50,277 bases of DNA. Source: an uncultured Rhodopirellula sp. Lineage in GTDB: Bacteria; Planctomycetota; Planctomycetia; Pirellulales; Pirellulaceae. The stretch is from contig CAYVAN010000004.1 in assembly GCA_964449225.1 (NCBI GenBank), forward strand, positions 1-50,277, read 5' to 3'. This document shows positions 1 through 9,400 of this stretch, in pieces. The stretch's first letter is position 1. Every line of letters starts with the position of its first letter. The position numbers and the translations under genes are program-made. The notes beneath the pieces were generated by a model. That model worked only from the letters and a program-made list of their open reading frames with translations. It did not search any database and was not told where the DNA came from.

Positions 1-388
1 CCGCATTGGTTCCCGTAGGACCGGTGAATTGGATTCGATAGTCCAAACCGCGGGGACGCAAAATTAGCTTTTCAAAGGTTTCAACAAATTCAATCTTGGC
101 CGCCGTGACCGTGTCCAATGAATGTTGGATTCCGTCGCGACTGATGTAATCCAAAAGTGCTTGCTTGGCGGATGGGTTGTTGTGCCCGTAATTAAGCGAA
201 CCGGCTCCGCAAAAGAAGTCAATCCACTGACAACCATCCTGCGAAGTTAAAGTTGAACCTACCGCACGATCAAAAACCGCTGGGAAGAGTTTGGCGTACC
301 CTCGAACTCCCGACTCAATTTGCTCTAGCGGATCACCAGAAACGCTCTGCGTGACGTCGGGCAGCTTGGGATCAGTTGTGTCCGTCAT
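1..388 (-). CDS. ectB: diaminobutyrate--2-oxoglutarate transaminase (EctB-like), 5' part; runs off the window
   Basis: Not in the ORF track. Manual translation from ATG 388 gives MTDTTDPKLP...IESGVRGYAKLFPAVFDRAVGSTL...WIDFFCGAGSLNYGHNNP...DGIQHSLDTVTAAKIEFVETFEKLILRPRGLDYRIQFTGPTGTNA, the characteristic EctB N-terminus. AGGA RBS just upstream. Confidence 0.9.
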   Translation of the reverse strand, partial: MTDTTDPKLPDVTQSVSGDPLEQIESGVRGYAKLFPAVFDRAVGSTLTSQDGCQWIDFFCGAGSLNYGHNNPSAKQALLDYISRDGIQHSLDTVTAAKIEFVETFEKLILRPRGLDYRIQFTGPTGTNA

Positions 389-975
389 CGTTGTCCTACC
401 ATTCGCAGACGAATTGGAAGTTAAATCTGGCTTAACCCTTCGACTCGTATGATCGGCTGATCTTTCGAATGTCCGGATGCCTACGCTGAAAGCTAGATTC
501 ACCGTTGAGGTGAGCAAATTCACTTCCGAAAATCGATGGCCTAAGCAGATGTGACCTGGACGGTTGTGCAAGATGCGCCAGATATGAGGGATGCATTTGT
601 CCAGCATTCGCTAAATCGGGGGGGCTGTTGGTAGGTCCAATGCGTCTCATCGTGACACCGAGGCGTTGTTAAGACGTGAAAACTTGCTCGGATTATGGAT
701 CGCGAGCGAAACGGCCGGCTGCGTGGTTCGATTTCGCACGGTGTCATTCACGATGCCCGTGAACCAGCGGTTCGCGTGATCGGCGGGTCAGACCATCGTC
801 CCAGTCATGTTTGCGGTCACTTCAAAGACTTCAGCAATTGCCATGTTGGTGAAGCTTAGTTGATTCTTTCAGACGGCTCGGTTCAGATACTCACTGATTC
901 GATCAATATGATCGTTTGTCACGCGTTGACGACTTAGGCCAATAAAGAGTGATCGAAGCGAGAGATTTTTAGCTG

Positions 976-1995
976 ATGATTGAACCAGTTCGATTTGATA
1001 ACGTTGCGTTGCACTTGATCGACCAAACCAAATTGCCAGTCGAACTGGTCGATTTGGTTTGCACGACCGTGGACCAAGTTCACGATGCAATTTCGCGATT
1101 AGTCGTTCGTGGCGCACCGGCAATTGGGATCGCAGCGGCTTATGGGGTTTGCCTTGTGCGGACTTCGTCGCCGCAAGATTACTTAGATGCGATTGAGCGT
1201 CTTTCGACTAGTCGCCCTACGGCAGTGAATCTTTTTTGGGCTCTTGATCGTATGAAGGCAGTTGTCGAAGGAAACGCCAACAGTGATCGCCTTAGAGATC
1301 TTTTGATTGACGAAGCCAAACTGATTCATGAAGAAGACGTTCGAATGGGCGAAGCCATCGGTCATCATGGCGCAAACTTGTTGACCGGTTGCAAGCGAGT
1401 TTTAACGCACTGTAATGCTGGCGGTTTAGCAACGTCGAAATGGGGCACGGCACTCGCGCCCATTTATCAACTGCATCGCAGCGGTGCTGCGATTGAGGTC
1501 TTTGCGGATGAAACTCGGCCGTTGATGCAGGGAGCAAGGTTAACCGCGTGGGAGCTGGCACGTGCTGGCGTTCCCGTCACGGTTTTAACTGATTCGATGG
1601 CTGGATCATTGCTGCAAACCGGTACCGTTGATGCCGTGATCGTAGGTGCGGATCGGATCGCTGCTAACGGAGATGCGGCGAACAAAATCGGGACCTATTC
1701 GCTGGCCGTGTTAGCCAAGTACCACAACGTGCCTTTTTATGTCGCCGCGCCGTCGAGCACATTCGATTTTGAATTGGCCAGCGGCGACTTGATTCCAATC
1801 GAACAACGTAGTCGTGAAGAAGTCGCAAACCCCGGCGGCATCAAAATGGTTCCCCAGGAAGCGTCGGTCATGAATCCAGCCTTCGACGTGACGCCAGCAG
1901 AACTCATCACTGCGATCATCACCGAACGTGGCAACCTCAATTCACCGGATACGGAACGCATTGCAAAATTGCTTTGTGCTGAACACCTTTCTTAA
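976..1995 (+). CDS. mtnA: S-methyl-5-thioribose-1-phosphate isomerase
   Basis: Motifs VRGAPAIG, RPTAVNL, THCNAG, DETRP.MQGARLTAWEL, GADRIAANGD.ANKIGT, NPAFDVTP. Confidence 0.95.
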   Translation: MIEPVRFDNVALHLIDQTKLPVELVDLVCTTVDQVHDAISRLVVRGAPAIGIAAAYGVCLVRTSSPQDYLDAIERLSTSRPTAVNLFWALDRMKAVVEGNANSDRLRDLLIDEAKLIHEEDVRMGEAIGHHGANLLTGCKRVLTHCNAGGLATSKWGTALAPIYQLHRSGAAIEVFADETRPLMQGARLTAWELARAGVPVTVLTDSMAGSLLQTGTVDAVIVGADRIAANGDAANKIGTYSLAVLAKYHNVPFYVAAPSSTFDFELASGDLIPIEQRSREEVANPGGIKMVPQEASVMNPAFDVTPAELITAIITERGNLNSPDTERIAKLLCAEHLS

Positions 1996-2226
1996 AGTCG
2001 CCGATCTTCATTGAAGAATTGCCTTGCGACCGAGTCCAGCGTCATCCATCACTTGAAGTGTGTGTATTCCCTCAGCTTTCACGATGGAGAGCCCGCCGAA
2101 AACGAGAGCACTCTTGTCATGGCCTACACTGCCCTGCACTAATTTTGCAAATGCGATAAAACGGGTTAATGCATTTAGAAATACCTCAATTTCCCATCGA
2201 GAGGATCTATCGAGGCGGCCGGTCGA

Positions 2227-4248
2227 TTAACGGGGCGATAACTTAGATAACTGCCTAGCGACATACCGGGGCAACAGCATCATCATGCGGTCGCTGACCG
2301 GGTCGTAAGCTGATTGATAGACAGCGTCTTGATCGTCGGACATGATCTCGTCGAGCTGACGGACGTAGTCTTCGCGGCTGTCGCCCAAACGATCCGAATG
2401 CACTAACACTGGTAGTCGGTCATAAGTCGCATTGCTTCCAACCCACCAATGTTCTGCATCGACGCGGCGGACGTCAATCGACAAAGGGCCCAAGACGCTG
2501 GACAACATCTTTGCGGCACTGACCTTGTCAGCACGTGGCATTACTAAACGCGTGGGACGCATGCCGCGTCTGTTTCCGTCGTACCAATTGACCAAACAAA
2601 CCGCATCATTGATCGACGAAATTTCTCGTAGCATTGCTGCGGTAGTGATGGGCGTCTCGGGCTGTGTTCCCGGTTTTAATTCAGTCGGATCGACGCTACT
2701 GATCGGCTGCCATTCTTTAAGGTGATCATCAGAAACTTGCATCCAGCGGCCGCTTCGATCATCGGGTAGGCGTGGCTGAATCGATCGCATTCGCCGCAAC
2801 ATCTCGGTCGCTAAAACTCTAAGTTGGGCACGTTCACGGCCACTCATTGCATCGACTGGTTGGGCTGTTTTTAGAAGCTCAGCCTCTTTGGCTTCTGCGT
2901 CAATGTCTTGGTCTTCTTCGTTTGTTTCAGACGCAGGTTTGATGCCTGGAACTTCTGGTCCCATAAACTCGCGTATGACCTGCTCCGCAGACTTGGCCTT
3001 GTCTGCAAAGTCTGATAGGTCTGTAAGGCCTGTTTCGGCTTTCGCGAATGCTTGGTCGGTCAGCGTCATCACGATCACAAATTCTCTTTCGCGAATCTCC
3101 GCATCCACTTGCATGGCAATCGCATTGAGCCACTGTCGACATGTTTTAGGTTTCCCGACGACCTCGATTGGTTTTGCAACATCGACGCCAGCGATGTCGA
3201 ACGAGGTCCAATCCATTTGAATGGGCACGCCCGTCATTTCGCTGATCAGTAATAGTAGCGATGGCAGAGGATAGCCTTCGCTATTGAAGTAAACCTTAAA
3301 ACCGAGATCTCGCTTTAGATTGATCGGCTTAGGAGGTTCGATGCCGAGCGTGTTGGAATCTTCTTCAGCCGCAGCATCGATTTCGACTTGGTTGATTGTG
3401 GGTGGCGTTGCCAGTGAAGTTTTTTGAGCGGGGCCTTCGTTCAGCACCATTGGCATGAATTGTTGCAATCCCATCGGCAACTCCTTCATAGAGGGAGCGT
3501 CTTGTTCGGATGGCGATTCTTCAACTTCGCCCAAAGTCTTGATGGGCGACGTCGGGATCAAAGACGACGGAATGATCGTTTGCGAAGTGTCGACTGTTGG
3601 ATTCGTCGCCGGTGTATCTAGCATGGGCACGGCCGACGGTTCAGGCATCCGTTCGATTGGATCTGCTTTCGGCGATGTTTCTACGTTCGTTGCGTCGACC
3701 TCGTCTTCCGCAACAGGCGGTGTGACCTCGAGCTTTGGCTGAGTTAGCGGATTCGTTTGAACATTCGTCGCCCCAGCGATTGGAACCGGTGCAGTTTTTT
3801 GCATTCGAATAAACCATCCGAACGTAAGCACCGTGACACTAAGCGTTGAAATCGCGATCGTCGCAATCATGGCGATGTGGCGCGTGCGTTTGGTCTTATC
3901 GCTTTGCCAGTGTTCGCTGTCTTGCCAGGTCGGCGGAGGCCCGGTGAGTGTGGTTTCGTCAGGAGCATCTAAATCAGGGATCGGCGGAGCATTTGCAAAG
4001 CCGGTTTTGAACTCCCCTGCGGTGGTGTCGCTGACGCCTGATAACTCGGATGAAATTCCGTCTTCTGTGATCGCTTCGCTGTCGACCGGGATATTGCCCA
4101 GCTTTACTTGTTGAGTCTTCTCGATTTTTACCATCGACCCGCATTTGGGGCAGGCCGCGATGGTTCCCAGTAATGCTTCGCTGGACACCCGCAAACGACT
4201 CCCGCACGTTGGGCACTGGGCGGCGAAGGGTTCAAAAGACAAGTTCAA
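2227..4248 (-). CDS. planctomycete-type bitopic membrane protein: N-terminal zinc ribbon, one TM helix, Pro-rich linker, two STN/secretin-N-like domains
   Basis: CPTC...CPKC at the N-terminus; hydrophobic IAMIATIAISTLSVTVLTFGWFI; Pro/Thr/Glu-rich linker; YPLPSLLLLISEMTGVPIQMDW...AGVD.AKPI resembles STN-like domains. The start codon is uncertain. Confidence 0.6.
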   Translation of the reverse strand: MNLSFEPFAAQCPTCGSRLRVSSEALLGTIAACPKCGSMVKIEKTQQVKLGNIPVDSEAITEDGISSELSGVSDTTAGEFKTGFANAPPIPDLDAPDETTLTGPPPTWQDSEHWQSDKTKRTRHIAMIATIAISTLSVTVLTFGWFIRMQKTAPVPIAGATNVQTNPLTQPKLEVTPPVAEDEVDATNVETSPKADPIERMPEPSAVPMLDTPATNPTVDTSQTIIPSSLIPTSPIKTLGEVEESPSEQDAPSMKELPMGLQQFMPMVLNEGPAQKTSLATPPTINQVEIDAAAEEDSNTLGIEPPKPINLKRDLGFKVYFNSEGYPLPSLLLLISEMTGVPIQMDWTSFDIAGVDVAKPIEVVGKPKTCRQWLNAIAMQVDAEIREREFVIVMTLTDQAFAKAETGLTDLSDFADKAKSAEQVIREFMGPEVPGIKPASETNEEDQDIDAEAKEAELLKTAQPVDAMSGRERAQLRVLATEMLRRMRSIQPRLPDDRSGRWMQVSDDHLKEWQPISSVDPTELKPGTQPETPITTAAMLREISSINDAVCLVNWYDGNRRGMRPTRLVMPRADKVSAAKMLSSVLGPLSIDVRRVDAEHWWVGSNATYDRLPVLVHSDRLGDSREDYVRQLDEIMSDDQDAVYQSAYDPVSDRMMMLLPRYVARQLSKLSPR

Positions 4249-4313
4249 CTCGCAGGAAGCAGGAAAAGCGTGTCAGGGGAGAAATCGCGTGCCGATTGCA
4301 TGTCAACCTCTCC

Positions 4314-4377
4314 CAGTTCACAATGAAGTCAGTTCACATTGAAGTCAGTTCACAATGAAGTCAGCTCACAATGATGT
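4314..4377. repeat. tandem repeat, 4 x 16 bp (CAGTTCACAATGAAGT)
   Basis: Units: 4314 cagttcacaatgaagt, 4330 cagttcacattgaagt, 4346 cagttcacaatgaagt, 4362 cagctcacaatgatgt. Lies in the divergent intergenic region. Confidence 0.95.
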
Positions 4378-4509
4378 TTGTGAGTTCCAAGTTACTGGAC
4401 GATTCCCATTGTAGGCGGTCCCGGTTTCGGCGGATGCCCCAGTTTTTGAACTGCTTCTTCGCTAAATCAGATCCATCTTGCTTCAACCTTTACCAAGGAT
4501 GCACAGCCA

Positions 4510-4917
4510 ATGGCCCGCAAGGCCCAAGACGTCACCGATGCCGAACTTGCGATCTTGGAACAACTTTGGTCGTCGGGCCCAACCAGTGTCAAATCGCTCG
4601 CAACAGAACTGTATGGCGACGCTGACGCATCGTCGACAGCCACGGTCCAGAAGTTGTTGGGCCGTTTAGAAAATAAGCAATGTGTTGCGCGTGATCCCAG
4701 TGTTTGGCCCAGGTTATTTCGCGCTGCGATCGATCGATCTGAATTAATCCAACGACGTTTGCAAAACACAGCTGATGAATTGTGCGAAGGTTCACTGGGG
4801 CCGCTTTTGACCCACTTGGTCCGTCGGTCGGGGCTCTCGCGAAGCGATCGCACCAAGTTGAAATCAATGCTGGAAGATTTAGACAGCGACCAGGTCGATC
4901 AGAAAGGTGGACAATGA
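4510..4917 (+). CDS. BlaI/MecI/CopY family transcriptional repressor
   Basis: VTDAELAILEQLW..GP.SV, TVQKLLGRLENK, and C-terminal LCEGSLGPLLTHLV...LS..DR..LKSML dimerisation region. Confidence 0.92.
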   Translation: MARKAQDVTDAELAILEQLWSSGPTSVKSLATELYGDADASSTATVQKLLGRLENKQCVARDPSVWPRLFRAAIDRSELIQRRLQNTADELCEGSLGPLLTHLVRRSGLSRSDRTKLKSMLEDLDSDQVDQKGGQ

Positions 4918-4918
4918 A

Positions 4919-6190
4919 ATGATGCCACCAGCGGTGATGCCTGATTTTTTGCTTTTCCTAGGTTCGGTTGATGCTTCCGTCTGGTGGTTTGGTTGCAAGC
5001 CTTCGCTCGGATTTGCTCTTTTGATTGGTTGTACCCTGGGTGCTGCATTGATTTCGGTCATTGCCATTTTCGTTGGCGGCTATGGTGACCGACCTGCGAT
5101 TGCTCATCGTCTTTGGCTACTAACGCTCACCCGGTTGTTGTTGCCTCCGATTTTTGCGTTCCCCGTAACTTTTTGGGCACCATCATCTTTGCGTTCGCTT
5201 CCGGGGATCCAATTCCAAACCGCAGGTTTTCGGGATTCCGCAATGCAAATTTGGGGTGTCGACTGGGTCACAGTGTTATTTGCTGGATGGATTCTGGGCA
5301 GCCTGATCATGTTGGTCAGGGTCTGTCGAAGTGCAGCACGGGTGCGACGGATGATTGAATACCGCGGACGGTTTGATCTTTCCGCCACCAAAGTTCTGCA
5401 TCAGTGCGTTGCCAGCCCATGGGGCGCTAACGGTTCGCACAATCGAGCGACATTGATCGGCACGGGGTTGGCTGAATCCTCGCTTCCAAAGAACTTCCCC
5501 GAAGTTTGGCTCGTCGACGCGTTTGTTTCGCCAATGTTATACAGCGATCACTCATTTAGATTTTCGAGAAGTTCTAGACTCTCGGACCGACCGATCATTG
5601 TGTTTCCGAGGGCGCTTTGGAATCAAATGGATTGTCAATCGCGAATGGTGTTGTTGAAACATGAATTGGCGCATTGGACGCGTCACGATCAGATCGTTCG
5701 CTGGATCGAGGTGATCGCGATCGTCTGCCTGTGGTGGCATCCATTGGTTTGGATTGCTCGTAGGCAGATCGAATCTTGTGAAGAACGGTGCTGTGATGCT
5801 GCCGCCACAACAGGGAAACCCGAACAACGCCGTGTCTACGCCGAAGCGATTTTGCAGACATTGGATTTCCTATGCGAACCGTTTGAAACCAATCGCAGTG
5901 AAGTGCAAGCGCGGCCACTTGGCAGTGGTCTAAGCAGTTTGCCCATCGTCGAACATCGACTGTACAAAATCATGCGGCCGATTGGCTTGGCGGGTCAGAA
6001 CGTATTGAAGTCTGCAGCAATCTGCACCTGCTGTATCGGTGCAATCGTAGTCGCGTTTACGCCTGTCTCTCCCGCAATTTCAATCCAAGTCGCACCAGCG
6101 GCATCCGTCAACATCACCGCAGATCGTCCATTGGGTGTAAAGTCGGATGTAGAAATGGAAATTTTGAAACGATCCGCAAAGCAGCCGTGA
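4919..6190 (+). CDS. M56 family (BlaR1/MecR1-like) membrane zinc metallopeptidase lacking a C-terminal sensor domain
   Basis: LWLLTLTRLLLPP, HELAH zinc motif, WWHPLVW, E.CCD, YAEAIL. Directly follows blaI; ATG 4919/4922 preferred over the ORF-track start 4907. Confidence 0.9.
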   Translation: MMPPAVMPDFLLFLGSVDASVWWFGCKPSLGFALLIGCTLGAALISVIAIFVGGYGDRPAIAHRLWLLTLTRLLLPPIFAFPVTFWAPSSLRSLPGIQFQTAGFRDSAMQIWGVDWVTVLFAGWILGSLIMLVRVCRSAARVRRMIEYRGRFDLSATKVLHQCVASPWGANGSHNRATLIGTGLAESSLPKNFPEVWLVDAFVSPMLYSDHSFRFSRSSRLSDRPIIVFPRALWNQMDCQSRMVLLKHELAHWTRHDQIVRWIEVIAIVCLWWHPLVWIARRQIESCEERCCDAAATTGKPEQRRVYAEAILQTLDFLCEPFETNRSEVQARPLGSGLSSLPIVEHRLYKIMRPIGLAGQNVLKSAAICTCCIGAIVVAFTPVSPAISIQVAPAASVNITADRPLGVKSDVEMEILKRSAKQP

Positions 6191-6440
6191 AAGAGCGATA
6201 ACATTCCCGCAACTCTTTAGCGGAGGTTGTCCCAACGTCCCGCTCGGCATCTACCGTTTCATCGCGTTTACGACGCAAACGCAATCGAATTTGAGACAAA
6301 CTCGGCTACACTTTTGCGATGGCGAGTTGGGTCTTTGAATAAAAATGCCTGGCGTTTTCAAGATGGGGCCTAACAAACATCTTCGCTAAACGTCTACCTT
6401 GCTCCCGCACCTCCTAAATTCTTTCCAACAAGTGTGACGC

Positions 6441-9400
6441 ATGGCTGTTAAAAAGAACCCGTTGTTGGCTGTTTTTCTGTTGCTGCTGTCGATGCTTAGC
6501 ACGGTCGCTTTGCATTCGGCCGGTCCGCCAATTCCAACTGACTCTTCTTGGAAAAAGGTTCGTGCTGCGATGGACAAAGGTCTACCCAAAACCGCGGTCA
6601 AGGAACTGACTCCGCTGATCGAAAAAGCGCTTGCCGATAAGAATTACGATCAAGCTGTCCGCGGGATCACAACTCGGGTCGTGTTGGAGGCAAATATCCA
6701 AGGCAGCCAACCGGCTGAAAGGGTGACGCGTTTAGAGTCCGAGATTGCGAAGGCACCCGACGAAATCAAGCCGGTTTTGGAAGCGGTCTTAGCTCATTGG
6801 TATTGGCATTACTTTCAACAGAATCGTTGGCGGTTTGCCGGGCGCACCGTCGTTGATTCACCCGACACCGATGACGAAGATTTTACGACTTGGGATTTGA
6901 AACGCATTCTTGATGAAATCGACAAACACTTTGAAGCCGCTTTGGCGGCAGCACCACAGCTAAAACAAATCGCTGCTGCGGACTATGACGAGTTCTTGGA
7001 AAAAGGCACCGTTGGCGATGATTATCGACCCACGCTCTACGATGTCGTCGCTGAATCCGCGATCCAATTTTACGCCGCTGGCGAACAAGCAGGCTCGTTG
7101 TCGCAAGATGCGTTCGTTCTGTCCGCCGATTCGCCCATTTTTGATTCAATGCAGCAGTTCTTAACCTGGGAACCAAGCTCTAGTGACCAGTCGAATGGAT
7201 TATCAGTCACGCTAAAAGCGATTTCCTTGTACCAGGATCTACTGCGGTTCCATCAGGATGATGCTAACAAGACTGCGCGATTGGATTGGGATTTGGCACG
7301 CCTTCGTTTTGGATTTAACAAAGCCGTCGGAGAGGAAAAAGATGATCGCTACAAAGCGTCGCTCCAGCGGTTTTCAAAACGGAATGCTGACCATCAGATC
7401 AGTGCTCGAGCAAAGCACCAGCTGGCGGAACAGCTTTCTGAAAATGGTGATCTTGTTGCGGCTCACCAAATTGCCAGCGAAGCGTTAACGCAATTTCCCG
7501 ACAGTGTCGGTGGGCGACGTTGCCACAACCTGATCGAAACGATCGAGCAAGTGTCCGTTGGCGTTCATACCGAACGTGTTTGGACCAAGCCGATGCCTTC
7601 GATTGATGTTTCCTACAAAAACATCGAAAAAATTCACTTTCGATTGATCTCGTTGGACTACGTCAACTTTTTGAAGTCGCGAAAGTATCAGCCAACCCAG
7701 TTCAATCAAAACGAAGTCAATGAGTTACTGAAACAAACCCCCATACGAGCTTGGTCGGTCGATTTGCCGCCAACAGACGACTACCAACAACGAACTGAGC
7801 AAACAGAAATCCCCGTTGAAGCAATCGCTGAACTTCCGCTGGGTTCTTATTTGTTGCTCGCGAGTGAACAAGAGGATTTTCGCACGCAAACTAATAACAT
7901 TTCCATCACGGAAGTTTGGCGCAGCGACCTTGCCCTGGTCATGCGTCGCCATTCCGACGGCAGCCAAATCGATGGCGTCGTGGTGGATGCTAATTCTGGT
8001 CAACCCATTCGTGGTGCAAAGGTCGAAGTGTGGCGGCGTCAAAACCAAGGGTTCTTTCAGCGAAGCGAATCGCTCGCGACCGATGTTCGGGGATTTTTTA
8101 GCCCGCCAAAGAGTGCTTTGCACCAACTTAGGCTTTTGGTCAAGCGAGGCAAGGATTCACTTGGGACTGCCAACCCGTACTACCAGGGACAACGACCTAA
8201 CCGCTCGGCTCATAACCATTCTCGCACTTTGTTTTTTACCGACCGGGCGATCTACCGGCCGGGACAAACGATCCAGTTCAAGGGAATTTGCTATTGGTCC
8301 GATACGGACGCTAATGACTATCGCACCTTACCCGGAAAGAAGTTGACGGTTGTCTTTACCGATTCCAACGGCCAGGAAATCGAGAAGCGAAGTGTTCGTA
8401 CCAATGATTACGGCAGTTTCTCAGCCAGCGTGACGGCTCCCAAAGATCGCTTGATGGGCCAAATGAGTCTGAGGATTGATTCCGGCCCGCGTGGTAGCAC
8501 TTTGATTCGTGTCGAAGAGTACAAACGTCCTAAGTTCCGAGTCGAGATCGAGTCGCCCAGTGATCCGGTTAAGCTGGGTGACCAGGTGACCGTTAACGGG
8601 AAAGCGACGGCGTACACCGGAGTACCCATTGATGGTGCCAAAGTTTCTTATCGTGTGGTGCGATCGGTGCGCTACGCGCCGTGGTGGTATTGGCGATGTT
8701 GGTGGATGCCCGTTGCGCCCAGTCCGGATCAAGAAATCGCAATTGGCAACACCACGACGGACTCACTGGGGCAATTCGATATCGGTTTCAAGGCTAGGCC
8801 CGATGAATCCGTCAGCAAAGAATCCGAGCCAACATTTACGTACCGCATTTACGCCGATGTGACCGACACGACCGGAGAGACTCGTAGTGATGAAACGAGT
8901 TTGGACCTGCGTTATTCAGCCATTGCCGCAACGCTGTCCGTTGACCAGTTCCTTACCACCGATGACCCCGTGTCACTGATGGTCAGCGTGGATGGGCTAT
9001 TCGGTGGCGGTTCGAAAGCGACCGGAAGTGTGAAGGTTTATCGGCTAAAGCAACCGGATTGGGTTGTGCGTTCGCCTATTGCTGGCCGTCACTTCCAACA
9101 TCCAGCGGCGGTGTCACAGCCCGCCAAGCCTGACCCTGCGAATCCGAGTTCATGGGAACTTGGTGAAATGGTCGCAGAGTTGCCTTACGAAACCACCGCT
9201 GCGGGCAAGGCATCGGTTGTCGCCGAATTGGATGCTGGTTTGTATCGGGGGGTGCTGGATGCTGACGACGGCAACGGAAACCAGGCAACTGCTTACGCTC
9301 AGATCCAAGTGATTGATGCCGACGAAAAGAAGTTCGGCATCAAGGTTCCCTTTGTTCTGGCTCATGCGACGGGCAGCACTTCGCCTGGGGAGACCTTTCG

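Noticed and set aside
432-747. Short minus-strand ORFs upstream of ectB as possible ectA or leader peptide
   Set aside because: No GNAT/EctA motifs, the ORFs overlap each other, and their composition is not protein-like.
4280-4296. Sigma-54-like promoter on the minus strand (CGGCACGCGATTTCT)
   Set aside because: The -24 element fits but the -12 reads TTCT instead of TTGC; the invariant GC is missing.
4314-4377. 16-bp arrays (here and at 37753) as CRISPR
   Set aside because: Units are contiguous with no unique spacers, too short, and there are no cas genes.
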